Virus record (IMG/VR): IMGVR_UViG_3300012347_000193
Span: 46,651-110,650 of that record
Direction: 5' to 3' (one strand)
Source: a virus
DNA length: 64,000 bases
The translations under genes were made by a program, and so were the position numbers. Shown here piece after piece: positions 14,401-21,761 of the stretch (positions within the stretch are counted from its first letter, which is position 1; each line of letters opens with the position of its first letter). The notes below the pieces were generated by a model. The model was not told the DNA's origin, ran no database searches, and saw nothing but the letters and a program-made list of their open reading frames with translations.

Positions 14401-17400
14401 TCTGGTTTCTCACTAACAGTGGGTATTGCAGCAAGAGCAATTGCAAATACTGATACATCAGGTGTTAGAAACATATCGACTACTCTTAAATTTGACAGAG
14501 TAAGTTATACTAGTAGAGTAAAGAATTGGCAACCATACAAGTTCTGGTCTTCTGCATACACTAGTATTGGTAATGACGCATCATCTTCGGTTGACAGTAG
14601 TACTAATACAATGTTGTCTAGTTTACAGGGCGTTGTACTACCAATTCAATATTTGGACCCAACTGAAGAATTCGCAGTAGTCACTGTTGATTACAGCTAT
14701 AGTAACATCTTACCAGGACAAGTAAATGAATCAATGTTGCAGTTCTACAAAGTAACCGGATCATACACTCCTGAGATTGTTGATGGTACTAATGGTAGAG
14801 CACACATTGAAATATACAGACCTAAATTTAGCAACGGTCAATTGTCTGAAGTATATACTATCAAGATTTTAGATGCAGGCTCAATCTATGCTAATGGTGA
14901 TACTATTAGAATACAAGGATCAGACTTGGGCGGCGAAGACGGTACCAATGATGCAACTATCTTAGTGAAGTTTGCAAATAAAGATACTGGTGCAATCCAA
15001 GTTGCTTCTATCTCAGGTCGTGCATCAGGCATCTTTGCAAAATATTATGTCAAAGCTATTGACAATACTAGACTGCAAATTTACTCAAACCCTACGTATA
15101 CTCGCAAAGTACCTAGAGCGTCATTCGTATGGGGTGGTGAATTAAATGCTACACAGAGCTTTGGTGCAGTAGGTAATGACTACGCATTCATGCCCGAGCC
15201 AATTGATGACGATTTCAGTGATTCGCATGATTCAGTTTCTTTAGTATCTTACGCTGGCGTAATTTGGGCGTGTACTCAGAGTAATGCTGATGCTGAATTT
15301 AACCCAGCAAAGTGGCAACCTCTGACAACTACAGACTTGTCATTAACTGCACTAGAAAGAATTGACGGATTCTATCAACCGGGTGTTGGAATGGTTCCAA
15401 AAGACCACCAACAATTATTGAAGGGTATCACTTATCCTAACCCAGTATATCTAGGTAACAAATTTGCTCCCGATGAAGCGCTTCCAATCGATGTGGTATT
15501 GAATGATAACCAGTTTATCAAGAGTACATCAAACATTAAAGGTGTTGTCTTTAACGGTGAGACATATGTTGCTGTTGCAGAGACTGAAAACTCAATCACA
15601 GTGTTGGTCAGAAACGAGAATTTAACTTGGGATCCTGTTCCGTTATCGTCTGAACGCAAAACAGTTACTGGTATTTCATATTCAAATGAAATGTATGTAA
15701 TCACAGTAGATGATGATGTGTGTCCAATGTATGTAAGTTTTGATTCTAAGAAATGGATTTCTACTTCTAAACAAACCTCATTCGACTCTTTAGATTATGA
15801 TGACGGGTTATTTGACACATCATCAATCACGATTGAATCATTGGGACTGTTGGCTGTTAACAGAGTAGGTAATAGATTCTTTGTTAATAATACAGCTATC
15901 TCAACATCAGAAGATGGCATGATTTGGAAAAAAGTACACACGTTAGGTAACAGAAAATACAGTATTATCAAAGATATCGCTTATGCTGAACTATCTGGAT
16001 TTACAGGCTATATTGCTGTCGGAGAAGGGTACATTGTAACATCAGGGGCAAATACTCCTGCCCCGGTAGTAGAACTATCATCTAAAATCTTAATCAGTGC
16101 TGATGGATCAACATGGGAAGAAGTGTTGCCGGTGACTAGTGCATTTATACCAGTCGCTGTTGCAACAAATGATGATGTGATAGTTATTGTTTGTAGAGAT
16201 GGAAAGATATTTACAAGTGCTTCTCCTACTTCATGGGCAGAGTCAGTAATTCTTGGTGATGATGTGACTGAGAATCTAATTGATGTAGCATTTGGTAACA
16301 ATATGTTTGTTGCTATAGGTGAAGTTAATGCTGATGGCAATAGTGTAATTCTAATGTCATCTGATGGATTAACATGGACACAACAAACTAATGAGTTGAT
16401 TGCAACTACTGCGTTGCATCACGTATACTTCGACGGCAGTAATTTCATCATCAGTGGAGACCTTGGCACATTGATACAGAGTACAAACGGCGTAAACTGG
16501 GAGAATATCTTAGTTGTACGAAGCGAAGACCCGGTATACACCGTTAAGGGTAGTGACTTCTTGTTTGGTTATGGTCCAGAAGAATTAGTAGCGGGTGTAA
16601 TCTCTGACAAACTTTCAATGAAAGTTAATACTGCCCCTGGTGCATATTGGAATCGCTCTGGTGCAGAAGAAATTTGGTACTATGCATCTGGATTTGGAAT
16701 GAATCAGCAGTACTACACTGTTGATGGTCAACAGACTGTTAATTTTGATGGGCTAGCTGCAAATGGTATCGGGATGTCAGTATTCTTAGCTAATGTCGAT
16801 GGAACAATGCAACGTTTGTATGAGGATAGAACTTATCCTAATATGGATTATACATACAATGTCAACTGGAACTCTAAAGTTATTACATTTAATGATGTAG
16901 ATTTAATCGGAGCTTCTGTCTTTGTTGAAGTGTATGAATTTGGAAACGCTGTAGAGAAGGCTCGCTCAAGTACTGATGCTCAGCCTCTTGTGCTTGATAG
17001 TTCTACTGGTCATAGTTCAATCTATACTGGTTTAGATTATGTAGCTTCTCCAGTAGATCCTGTGATATTTGCATACACTCCGACAACAGGCATGAAACAA
17101 CTTGTACTTGGTGAAGATTTTAATATCGCAATAGAAGACGGTAAGTTGAAACTCGCCCTCACAGAGGCATATAATCAAGAAACTGATTATGTTGTCTATA
17201 CTATTCCTCGTACAGGTAAGAACCCTGATAATGTCGATGAACATTATGTATCTTTCCCAGAAACTCAATTCTTTGTTAGCGGTGGTTCAGATTTTGTAAT
17301 TGACCTTGATGTTTCACTACATAATATCCCTAACGCAATTGTAGAACTAAATGGTTCACGCTTGGTATACGAGACTGATTATGTTATTGAGTTTGTAATT

Positions 17401-18420
17401 GATGAAGTTACTAACACATACTCTACTAAACCCGTGCTAACACTTGCCGGGGATGCGACAGCTCCTGGAACATTATTAGCAGTAACTATGTTTAATGGTA
17501 CTTCTCGTCAATACTTAACGACTGCAAGTGAAGTCTTAGATACTGATGCGTCAGAATTTATAGTATCGCTACCTGCACCGTCAGTACCGTTCCCGATGGC
17601 TCCGATGACTTACACAAACGGAAAACGTATGTGGGTAACAGTCAATGGTAATAGAATTGATCCGACATTAGTTTCAGTTACAGGAACTACTGCGACAATT
17701 CTACATCCAGTCGAAGCTGGTGACATTGTAGTGGCAACAGCTATGGTATCAAGTGCATCACCGAACGAGTCTAGCTTTAGATTCGAGATGGATAAGAATT
17801 CAAACATGAAGGTATATCGTACTAATGCCGAAGACACCTCTTGGCTAACTGAAGATATTAACCCAACTGATGAAATCATCAGTGTACGTGATGCTAGATA
17901 TTTGGTTAGCTTGCATTCTACAATTTCTGTAGTACAGGAAACTATCAACGGAGAGTTGTTTGCATACTTAAACGCAACGTTCCCTGACATATCAAAGGTA
18001 ACAGTGTATGACACAACCTTAGCTGAATCAGTACCGCAAGCAAACGTATTGACAAAATTAGTCAACGGCATCCCTGCAGTAGTGTTTACAGACTTTGTGC
18101 AAGTTGGTGATAACCTAGAACTTACAGTTTATCAAGGTGACGTATTAGAAATCAACGGTGAGAAGATTCACTTTACTGATATTGACTTGGATACTAATGT
18201 GATTTCAGGCATTACACGCGGCGCTTATGGAACACAAGTAGCAATTCAGCACCCTAAATATAGCAGAGTGTTCAGTCTAAGCCAGGGTAAGATGATGGAT
18301 CCATCATTATATCGCAGAACCTGGACTGATACTACCATCTATCAAACACATACATGGGATGTTCCGTTGCAGTTAAGCAATAATCCAGCAGCTAACTTCT
18401 TGAAACTCAACAATATATAA
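2473..18420 (+). CDS. Giant (5315 aa) virion structural protein, probably baseplate or tail-associated
   Basis: An uninterrupted 15.9 kb ORF directly after the gp6-like gene. It is beta-rich, with FG-GAP-like propeller repeats (FG.A......VVGAP), 'S.DG..W' BNR-like repeats and recurrent acidic 'FD...FD' motifs. Confidence 0.75.
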   Translation: MTSRIRTLDFLPEIFKTKPNEQFLSATLDTLTQQPKVEKLQGFIGNKFGYGVNSKDSYINEPTKSRNNYQLEPAVIFKKKDTDVPLDLLTYSGLNDALRLAGSNLPEHSLYSNQFYSWDSFTDLDKLVNYSQYYWLPTGPDPVTVTNLKLSTTVSYTVTSLPLSYSLSAKSQLVGDYNPKLTLVRGGVYYFNVDQTTPFYIQTSPDISGKLTSNPSISTRDIFGLTNNGATTGTIKFVVPQLNEQSDWELTFGLNADLTTAMSLSDIEAKPVGSVSIDGVTDLEGKTILFRSNTPGTRANLVSLYDENDIGFDGTEFDPTTETQLNNQLYTVTYVGDNTNGFFINLVEADSLPINKLIKIQFGDEFNGRSFVKNAFGEILLVPPVTANTDTYYYVDGVNPDKYGEIEIVDSIDSSFVNVEQILGKKTYTSANGITFTNGLCVQFAGNTFPAEYTRGSYIVEGVGDSINLILLSELLVPEIFSYQVSSPFDAQYFDTYSFGETFLYPKDKDYITISRNAKNKNAWSRSNRWFHVDVLKATLEYNPDAVIVSEALGNPEKMAKRPIIEFYPNLRLMNSGVSSKNNVSYINFTESQALFTAAGTSDFVPDGSTSYLYDGATIIFAADADLAVRSTVYKIQVSETVNTEVISIISLSGSLTNADGSKDVTYQVSPQTKSLPANKLLSVYGNENASFNGTFRIVSTTATTITLRYPTGTSGTWDEISPTYLKTNLETTLTEDSTVNYLDQVAIISGSTYGGKTFYFDGSNWVLAQQKDRINQPPLFDLFDNNNHSLSDTNFYPASDFEGCTLFEYAIGSGVNDTELNFPIKYNSVENIGDIVFNNSLNTQKFHYVLGNDSIESSVSIGYAHISTFENEFTRHLGWQTAIEESFQYQVFNMQYTGIPFTPTFICDVPVKTTTAWTPIVVYVDNARIADTEYTVSVSGDMTTIKLVNYPVIGTMVDIMLLSDTPSKIGYYQTPINLDHNPYNSQIETLSLGDIRGHYKSMFNNAPSVTGTAFGPNNFRDSGNLIPYGTRIIQNSAPLTLPASFLRNNDYNFFEALTFNSIEYIKYKATMINALDNNDFSYITSDAALLDEVISIITEPKTETSPFFWSDMLPSKNITQSKTYSFKTVLDTSIFQLLKVYDYNNANYNSVLVYLTRKTGSVVSTKQLINGIDYIISAEVAELTVLTDLIPGDKIVINEYAQTFGNFVPNTPTKLGLYPSFVPELILDSSYLTPTYFIKGHDGSYSKLYGNVVNGYMTDARDRLVFEFESRIYNNLKVLNKTISLKREDIVPGYFRSNQTQVNSFNEAYETQLLNWVGLNRIDLNSQFYDATNEFTWNYRGSKFKLDKTSLSQGNWRGIYLWLYDTATPNATPWEMLGLSNKPSWWDTHYGAAPYTSDNLIMWTDIANGYVWNNGEPYTSENLKRPGLLEILPVDSAGKLISPFTSCVATYDANTFNTMWEPLDMGPAEYSYIKSSSWPFDMVRMMVLTKPAKFFNLNVDLDFYQYSSEFNQYLVGERMRTPPTGIKIYGTDETTSAHSYINWIVDYSTQFGVVGSDEIKSIFSNTDVRLVYKAAGFTSKDMIKFFTENSSSSSTKASLIPEDSYSVLLYNNQPTDTIIYSSIVVQKTLAGYKVYGNKQSKAYFTVRTPISGLYEPVTVNGKTVQIAKSYSQQQMNVPYGFEFNTIERLLEFVKGYGLYLESQGMIFDDIENSLELSWDQMLAEVLYWTQSGWEVGSTVSINPAANILRIDTGNALVQPLTLSKQNFVLNQNLLPIALNDLSIHRVGTELSIKALNSGDALSFFVGNVSSIEHVIVFDNTTIFGDLIFDIVTGLRQQRLFVKGTKTAEWNGTLDAAGFIMSLDSITDWIPNQKYSKGTVVKFKSEYWMANVSIVQPKNTFDYSEWLKTTYEMVQQRMLPNQSTRSAEAALYYNKNTANLANDADLLSFSLIGYRPRDYLDSADLDDSSQVNLFSNFIEGKGTNQTVSGLNGITLKDDSVNYTVHENWAIKTSEFGGVLNHNYLQFTLDESKLVGNPSVVSIIEADAVEGAQQQVSMHNLTNYGRTLASNNILPQVDPDSIDYLPSAGYVNLDDVIEIGYRINDFSDAAITGVYKNDYLWVANKNSTWDVYTPVSSGALVTSVVNNLNDTVAVIFDKPHALLEGQSLGILNFDSRIDGYHTVDSVTSLTSIVISITLSAAVTNINGSGLVFLLQSQRVSTPRDIPNLPLLNTEYDSTKVWVDQGKDGGWKVFEKTNNYELTDIEKEFPNSSTGTAVAYVHGVGYLTGDPATGELSVYDTINDDGRYYEKAKISKPNTTFGQVIEHNTDVILVAAPSDTTSQIFVYRNASSEGITRPVFEQVLSVSGGKAGTALAISGDSNYIYVNAIDTDAEGEALLMFSLDANLLKTGTGMTTVSDIALYSKTFVVSGDQRAAIQDGQRISFITSYSLISTISDTFNYLVTNAFDGTNSSFKLSGDKRSLLGNGDVVSFGNSGVDKNRLYNITLTGYDPTSNKTTFYVEQQPIFWEDPVFVPPVAGTNVYKVSFATDAVYTVATGAYNTQTQQTTFYITSEFNQSIASGAQVYVASMNYELVQLFNPSQSWVFGDEYAASIATNYDGSKIFVGAPKHDQSASQQSTGLMYAYDRLFQNFEIQRDQKPGAIYVVRLPWYPAISSKVYLNGKLLASNKYTLILNAIIFGPIGILAGDIIKVSSDNLVLTGTFVNGNPSDLRSGQMFGYALDCNREGSEIIVSAPYAVTSDNKEGAVYRFTDQGKRYGTWVGVTSAALVEPTQILLNGYRANLFNVFALKSTVTNDSAVGATSHSVFVNPAEAALMPPSGLIGFRKIVSGDTYNIAYRSVDATTGEIKFAYADANDTSSDYFNPQVYDSVQGAWVSTTVTLTTDDTQIYAPLGSARNIADAIVKANITNVFAYSTEDNRLVIRLRDMSLAPNMNKLSVGVFNGNYWTMLGMLPYPIAQTITPPHDVAQTMFGAALKFNEANSFVVGAPTAKRLLPTKFDFSNDKNVHNDTVFDNNLTGWEDSFDEAGAVYMYDYIDSYDESLDNIGKYIYSQPCTDLVSDYGVRPMFGFAVDFNNYNVVVGAPKFKTSTVGGKAVIFRNYAKEPNWKLFREADQVVDIHKINKVHLFNNVTDVTNMALDYIDPLQGKLLGVVIENLDHTSPVDPASYNSSASTSNKVSWNSAQLGKLWFDTSNVRFLNYHQNDVAYNSKYWGQVFPGSDVAVYTWIESSVPPASYTGNGTPFELESYSVTFTTDSTDTLVPKYYFWVRDTNILNTKYGKTLSDQIIARYIETPKESGVAFLAPLRANTFGLYNSYDYINNTSTNIHIGFSTTTNDVSGHSEFKLIRTDFTEDFLPGFVDIRKGFTEPTSLYEKYIDSFAGADSSGAVVPDPTLPLLMQTGISVRPRQSMFVNRLSALENYLTYINSVLINYPILETSHATFLYSATNEFDTTAYWDAVYWWAEGYSATTRANLEVSVYDDLYSVTAKENLIVGVSANAVGKREVYIYQSGTWNRIGLEQGTVQFSYKLWDYTANKVGFGNEFFDTSLFDAYPSNETRNIIRAINEQLLVGELFEYRNKSLTLMFEFIQSENVELHNYLPWLNKTRFADVSYDIRTLKQTPRYKVDNSQLLEGYINEVKPYSVVIKEFFAKYNVMDTVASTISDFDLPSYYDTELQKFVSPQVVFGSTASLDEKTTTDAIWNDFKYSNWKDNLGMLIKGGETRLVSFLKKYVSLTSTDLEVENAYTLPVEGILKINSEQIAYNRIDRVTGKLEGVTRGVNGTSTAVYLTGTPVYMDTPDVTVLDSGRDYEFPPTVTAYINTTEYPAPRREAVLEAVMNNDRMVGVNVIDPGEGYIVAPEIKISSSVEYVFDNFDSSQDGATNFVDRENSQLRTTVANVLETGDTVLVTNNSSSSVLIPNGYYYAQVVKNTYGTTITFFDTFLESFNSLNPIRFNTGVVTSGFSLTVGIAARAIANTDTSGVRNISTTLKFDRVSYTSRVKNWQPYKFWSSAYTSIGNDASSSVDSSTNTMLSSLQGVVLPIQYLDPTEEFAVVTVDYSYSNILPGQVNESMLQFYKVTGSYTPEIVDGTNGRAHIEIYRPKFSNGQLSEVYTIKILDAGSIYANGDTIRIQGSDLGGEDGTNDATILVKFANKDTGAIQVASISGRASGIFAKYYVKAIDNTRLQIYSNPTYTRKVPRASFVWGGELNATQSFGAVGNDYAFMPEPIDDDFSDSHDSVSLVSYAGVIWACTQSNADAEFNPAKWQPLTTTDLSLTALERIDGFYQPGVGMVPKDHQQLLKGITYPNPVYLGNKFAPDEALPIDVVLNDNQFIKSTSNIKGVVFNGETYVAVAETENSITVLVRNENLTWDPVPLSSERKTVTGISYSNEMYVITVDDDVCPMYVSFDSKKWISTSKQTSFDSLDYDDGLFDTSSITIESLGLLAVNRVGNRFFVNNTAISTSEDGMIWKKVHTLGNRKYSIIKDIAYAELSGFTGYIAVGEGYIVTSGANTPAPVVELSSKILISADGSTWEEVLPVTSAFIPVAVATNDDVIVIVCRDGKIFTSASPTSWAESVILGDDVTENLIDVAFGNNMFVAIGEVNADGNSVILMSSDGLTWTQQTNELIATTALHHVYFDGSNFIISGDLGTLIQSTNGVNWENILVVRSEDPVYTVKGSDFLFGYGPEELVAGVISDKLSMKVNTAPGAYWNRSGAEEIWYYASGFGMNQQYYTVDGQQTVNFDGLAANGIGMSVFLANVDGTMQRLYEDRTYPNMDYTYNVNWNSKVITFNDVDLIGASVFVEVYEFGNAVEKARSSTDAQPLVLDSSTGHSSIYTGLDYVASPVDPVIFAYTPTTGMKQLVLGEDFNIAIEDGKLKLALTEAYNQETDYVVYTIPRTGKNPDNVDEHYVSFPETQFFVSGGSDFVIDLDVSLHNIPNAIVELNGSRLVYETDYVIEFVIDEVTNTYSTKPVLTLAGDATAPGTLLAVTMFNGTSRQYLTTASEVLDTDASEFIVSLPAPSVPFPMAPMTYTNGKRMWVTVNGNRIDPTLVSVTGTTATILHPVEAGDIVVATAMVSSASPNESSFRFEMDKNSNMKVYRTNAEDTSWLTEDINPTDEIISVRDARYLVSLHSTISVVQETINGELFAYLNATFPDISKVTVYDTTLAESVPQANVLTKLVNGIPAVVFTDFVQVGDNLELTVYQGDVLEINGEKIHFTDIDLDTNVISGITRGAYGTQVAIQHPKYSRVFSLSQGKMMDPSLYRRTWTDTTIYQTHTWDVPLQLSNNPAANFLKLNNI

Positions 18421-18424
18421 GAGA

Positions 18425-18430
18425 TAAATA
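18425..18430 (+). promoter_or_regulatory. Late-promoter-like TAAATA motif (representative copy)
   Basis: TAAATA recurs just upstream of genes on + (18425, 19211, 21404, 21432, 27289, 40311, 41296, 42118) and on - (48454-59, 50262-67, 53223-28). It resembles the T4 late promoter TATAAATA. Confidence 0.6.
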
Positions 18431-18437
18431 TACTATT

Positions 18438-18587
18438 ATGAGCGATAAACCAGAAGAAAATCAAAATCCTAAAACAGTTGAACCGTCTAAAGTAGACGAG
18501 TTCAACGGGGTTTATTTTAGTTCAAGCGTGAAGATTCACGACCCTGACACTCAGGAAGTGTTAGTACATATACGAGGCGACAATTAA
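18438..18587 (+). CDS. 49-aa protein (MSDKPEENQ...KIHDPDTQEVLVHIRGDN), absent from the ORF track
   Basis: ATG lies 7 nt after TAAATA, and the stop overlaps the next ATG (TAATG). It shares KIHDPxTxEVLV with the next protein. Confidence 0.75.
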   Translation: MSDKPEENQNPKTVEPSKVDEFNGVYFSSSVKIHDPDTQEVLVHIRGDN

Positions 18588-19207
18588 TGACACAAGTTCT
18601 AATCCCTGTGCAAATCGAGGGCTTTTTAAAGATTCACGACCCAGTTACTGGGGAAGTTTTAGTAGATAAAAAGAACGCAATCCACTACGAAAACATGAGT
18701 ATTGCACTAGCTAATGCACTAAGTAATCGAGGTACCGGCGCAATTTATAAAATGGCTTTCGGTAATGGTGGTTCTAGTATTGACCAAACTGGTGTCATCA
18801 CGTACTTACCACCGAACACAACTGGTTCTAGCGCAGCTTTATATAACCAGACATTCGCTAAGATTGTCGATGATACAAACATTAGCAATATCAACCCATC
18901 ACGTAACAAAATGACAATTAGCCACCCATTAGGAAAGGTTTACACTGACATTGTAGTTAACTGTTTGCTTGACTACAGTGAACCGGCAGGTCAGATGGCT
19001 TTTGATAATGGGACACAAACTCAGTCTCCGTTTGTTTTTGACGAATTGGGACTACTTAGCTTTGATGGAGTAACTAGCGCCGGGGAAGAAATGACAAAAA
19101 TGCTAACGCATGTTATCTTTCACCCGGTTCAAAAATCATTAAACAGACAGATTCAAGTTGATTATACCGTCAGAATCCAGTCATTGACTAACTTGATTAC
19201 AGGTTAA
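18587..19207 (+). CDS. Virion structural protein (baseplate or tail region)
   Basis: 206 aa in the structural operon, with motifs NAIHYENMS, FDELGL and 'LTHVIFHPVQKSLNR'. Confidence 0.6.
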   Translation: MTQVLIPVQIEGFLKIHDPVTGEVLVDKKNAIHYENMSIALANALSNRGTGAIYKMAFGNGGSSIDQTGVITYLPPNTTGSSAALYNQTFAKIVDDTNISNINPSRNKMTISHPLGKVYTDIVVNCLLDYSEPAGQMAFDNGTQTQSPFVFDELGLLSFDGVTSAGEEMTKMLTHVIFHPVQKSLNRQIQVDYTVRIQSLTNLITG

Positions 19208-19237
19208 AGATAAATATAAGAATAACGGAGCAATTTC

Positions 19238-20461
19238 ATGGCATATACGATTAAAAGAAGTGATACAACTACATTAACTACGATCCAAGATGGAACACTT
19301 AATGCAAACGCAACATCACTAAGTTTACCAGGACGCAATTACGCAGGTTACGGAAACGTAATTGATACTAACTTTGTGCGCCTACTAGAAAACTTTGCAT
19401 CAGATACCCCTCCTGCTAACCCAATTAAGGGTCAGTTGTGGTTCGATAAGACAGACTCAAAGTTAAAAGTTCTAACTGACGAGACACGTACTGCTCGTTC
19501 TGATTGGACTGTACTCACTGCTTCTAACTCAGTGGGTGATACTGCTGTTGGTAATTTGACAGTTTCTGACGCTATTATTTCTAACACAATCACATGTAAC
19601 TCTGCTACTGTTTCTCAAAACATTATCATTCAAGGTAACGCTACTATCGGAAGTAACATTACTGCTTCTTTGGCTAACGTTGCAACGGCAAATATCGGAA
19701 CTACCCGTACTAGAGCTATTACTACTGGTAACCCTTCAACTTCGGGAACATTAGACGGTTCTTGGACTGTATCTGCTACTGGTAATGCATTCAATATCAC
19801 ATCAGGTAACATCGCACTAGGTTCATCTCAGTCGATTCGTTGCGACAACTACTTAGATTCTACTGGTAATCCTTGGGTTCCTTCAGGCACGTACACTAAT
19901 GCTAACGTAGCAGAATACTTGACTGGTTCTAATCCGGGCGTTACAAAGTTCATTGGTAACATCTTCCCTGGAATTGTAACTACATCAAACATCACTACTG
20001 GTGGCAACACAGTTTCTGGTAATATTACTGGTAACTGGTCATTGACTGCTGGCTCACGTTTATTAGCAACATACTCTGCTGACATTGCAGAACGTTATGC
20101 GGCTGATGCAGCTTATTCAGTAGGTACTGTTCTTGAAATCGGTGGCGAGTTTGAAGTAACTGCTGCTAAAGAAGATGCAAGTTCAGCAATCTTTGGTGTC
20201 GTTTCAAATACATACGCACACTTGTTGAATTCTGCTGCTGGTTCCGATGAGACTCATCCACCGGTAGCATTAGTTGGTCGTGTAGCAGTTCGTGTTGTTG
20301 GACCAGTTAAGAAGGGTGAGCGTTTAGTTTCTGCTGGCAATGGTCTTGCACGTGCAGGTAAACTTGAAGAACTAACTGCTTTTAACGTAGTGGGTCGCTC
20401 TCTAGTAAATAAGACAGACGACGGCGAAGGTGTTATTGAAGCTGCCGTAAGTATCAAATAA
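19238..20461 (+). CDS. Tail fibre-like protein with C-terminal intramolecular chaperone / autocleavage domain
   Basis: N-terminal 'MAYTI...GYG....NFVRLLENFA...P.NP..GQLWFD' followed by an N/T/G-rich shaft. The C-terminus reads 'ADIAERY...GVVS...VALVGRV.VRV.GPVKKGERLVS'. Confidence 0.7.
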   Translation: MAYTIKRSDTTTLTTIQDGTLNANATSLSLPGRNYAGYGNVIDTNFVRLLENFASDTPPANPIKGQLWFDKTDSKLKVLTDETRTARSDWTVLTASNSVGDTAVGNLTVSDAIISNTITCNSATVSQNIIIQGNATIGSNITASLANVATANIGTTRTRAITTGNPSTSGTLDGSWTVSATGNAFNITSGNIALGSSQSIRCDNYLDSTGNPWVPSGTYTNANVAEYLTGSNPGVTKFIGNIFPGIVTTSNITTGGNTVSGNITGNWSLTAGSRLLATYSADIAERYAADAAYSVGTVLEIGGEFEVTAAKEDASSAIFGVVSNTYAHLLNSAAGSDETHPPVALVGRVAVRVVGPVKKGERLVSAGNGLARAGKLEELTAFNVVGRSLVNKTDDGEGVIEAAVSIK

Positions 20462-20470
20462 GAGGCAACT

Positions 20471-21403
20471 ATGACATATCAACAATACGGGCAAGTTCAG
20501 GCATCTGATTTTAACACTCTGGTTAATAATTTCAATGCCGTATATGGTCCAGGATCAGGCAACTCGGGTTACGGAATGACTCCTTTAAGTCAAGTAGCTG
20601 TGGGAAGCAACGTATCGTATGCTGATTGGGCTAACCTAATTAACGCAATTTATAGCGTTGACAGGCATCAAAGCCCGTCTACTGCTATTACTGCAATCTC
20701 TGCACCCTCAGCTGGTGATTCAGTCAAATATCTATCAGAAATTACCTCAAACATTACTACTATTACTAACAATAGACTTAATGCATCGGTTCAGGGGTCT
20801 ACTTCTACGACTACTAAATCTTCTGCTTCGACTTGGTTGAATGCTATAACATTCACCACTAGAGTAACGTTCCCCTCAGCCGCAGCCGCACGTTATTTCT
20901 TTAACGGTGGCGGTCAGATTGCTATTTCAGCAAGTCACGGTACTAGTGGTTCTACTGGTATCAACAAACTGTTTTATGATATTGCTAATGCAATGGGAAC
21001 AGTCACGTTGAGCAGCGGGACAGCTAATATTGCTGGTTCTTCTTTTACTGGTGTTACTAAGACAGGTGGTTCTGGTAGTCTTGGTACTAACTTTACTATT
21101 AGTACTGGTACAGGATACCATGCATTAACAACAACTCCTACAGAAATTTTCAAACAAACAGCAGTGGGTGCAATTGCATTGTATGTAACATCATTTATCA
21201 AAATTTCAGCAAACGTTGATGCAACGGGTGGCGTAATCACTATTACTACTGTGTTTGATGAGAATTGGTCAGCCGGAACCGGACTAACAGTTTCTACTGG
21301 TACTACAGTTAACGCATCAATCAAACCTCCATCAGCTACCTATATCACTTCTGCTCCTTGGGGAACTCCGACAGTTGACACTACTGTAGCAACTGTAGCT
21401 TAA
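20471..21403 (+). CDS. Putative virion structural protein (T/S/G-rich)
   Basis: 310 aa, beta-rich, with the motif AARYFFNGGGQI. It follows the tail fibre gene. Confidence 0.55.
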   Translation: MTYQQYGQVQASDFNTLVNNFNAVYGPGSGNSGYGMTPLSQVAVGSNVSYADWANLINAIYSVDRHQSPSTAITAISAPSAGDSVKYLSEITSNITTITNNRLNASVQGSTSTTTKSSASTWLNAITFTTRVTFPSAAAARYFFNGGGQIAISASHGTSGSTGINKLFYDIANAMGTVTLSSGTANIAGSSFTGVTKTGGSGSLGTNFTISTGTGYHALTTTPTEIFKQTAVGAIALYVTSFIKISANVDATGGVITITTVFDENWSAGTGLTVSTGTTVNASIKPPSATYITSAPWGTPTVDTTVATVA

Positions 21404-21455
21404 TAAATATTTTGGGCAATTGGTATTCATTTAAATATTCTACGGAGTATATTAA

Positions 21456-21761
21456 ATGGATACCAAAACCATATTGAGCCAGGCTAAAGCTAGATTTAGT
21501 CACAACCAGAATAAAGAGTACTTGAAGTCTAAGTACAAAGGTAAGCTAATCTTTGCCCAACAAGGTGGAATGTGGACGGCATCTCCTGAGCTATTATCAC
21601 AATTAGCAAGTAGCACAGCTAAATCTCTAGTGTTGTTAGACAACTATGAGAACCCTATCAAAGTAGACCGTTTCGATTTGCTGACATTTGCTAACGACCT
21701 CTATCTGTCAGTAATGCATGAATGGCATGAAGAATATACTAAACTACAATCACTAAGATGA
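21456..21761 (+). CDS. Hypothetical protein, first gene of the glycan operon
   Basis: 101-aa ORF with a GGAG RBS and an ATGA overlap with the next gene. Confidence 0.7.
   Translation: MDTKTILSQAKARFSHNQNKEYLKSKYKGKLIFAQQGGMWTASPELLSQLASSTAKSLVLLDNYENPIKVDRFDLLTFANDLYLSVMHEWHEEYTKLQSLR

Noticed and set aside
764-18071. Numerous 60-150 aa antisense or alternate-frame ORFs inside the structural genes
   Set aside because: They are shadows of long, codon-biased genes and lack RBSs or recognisable motifs.
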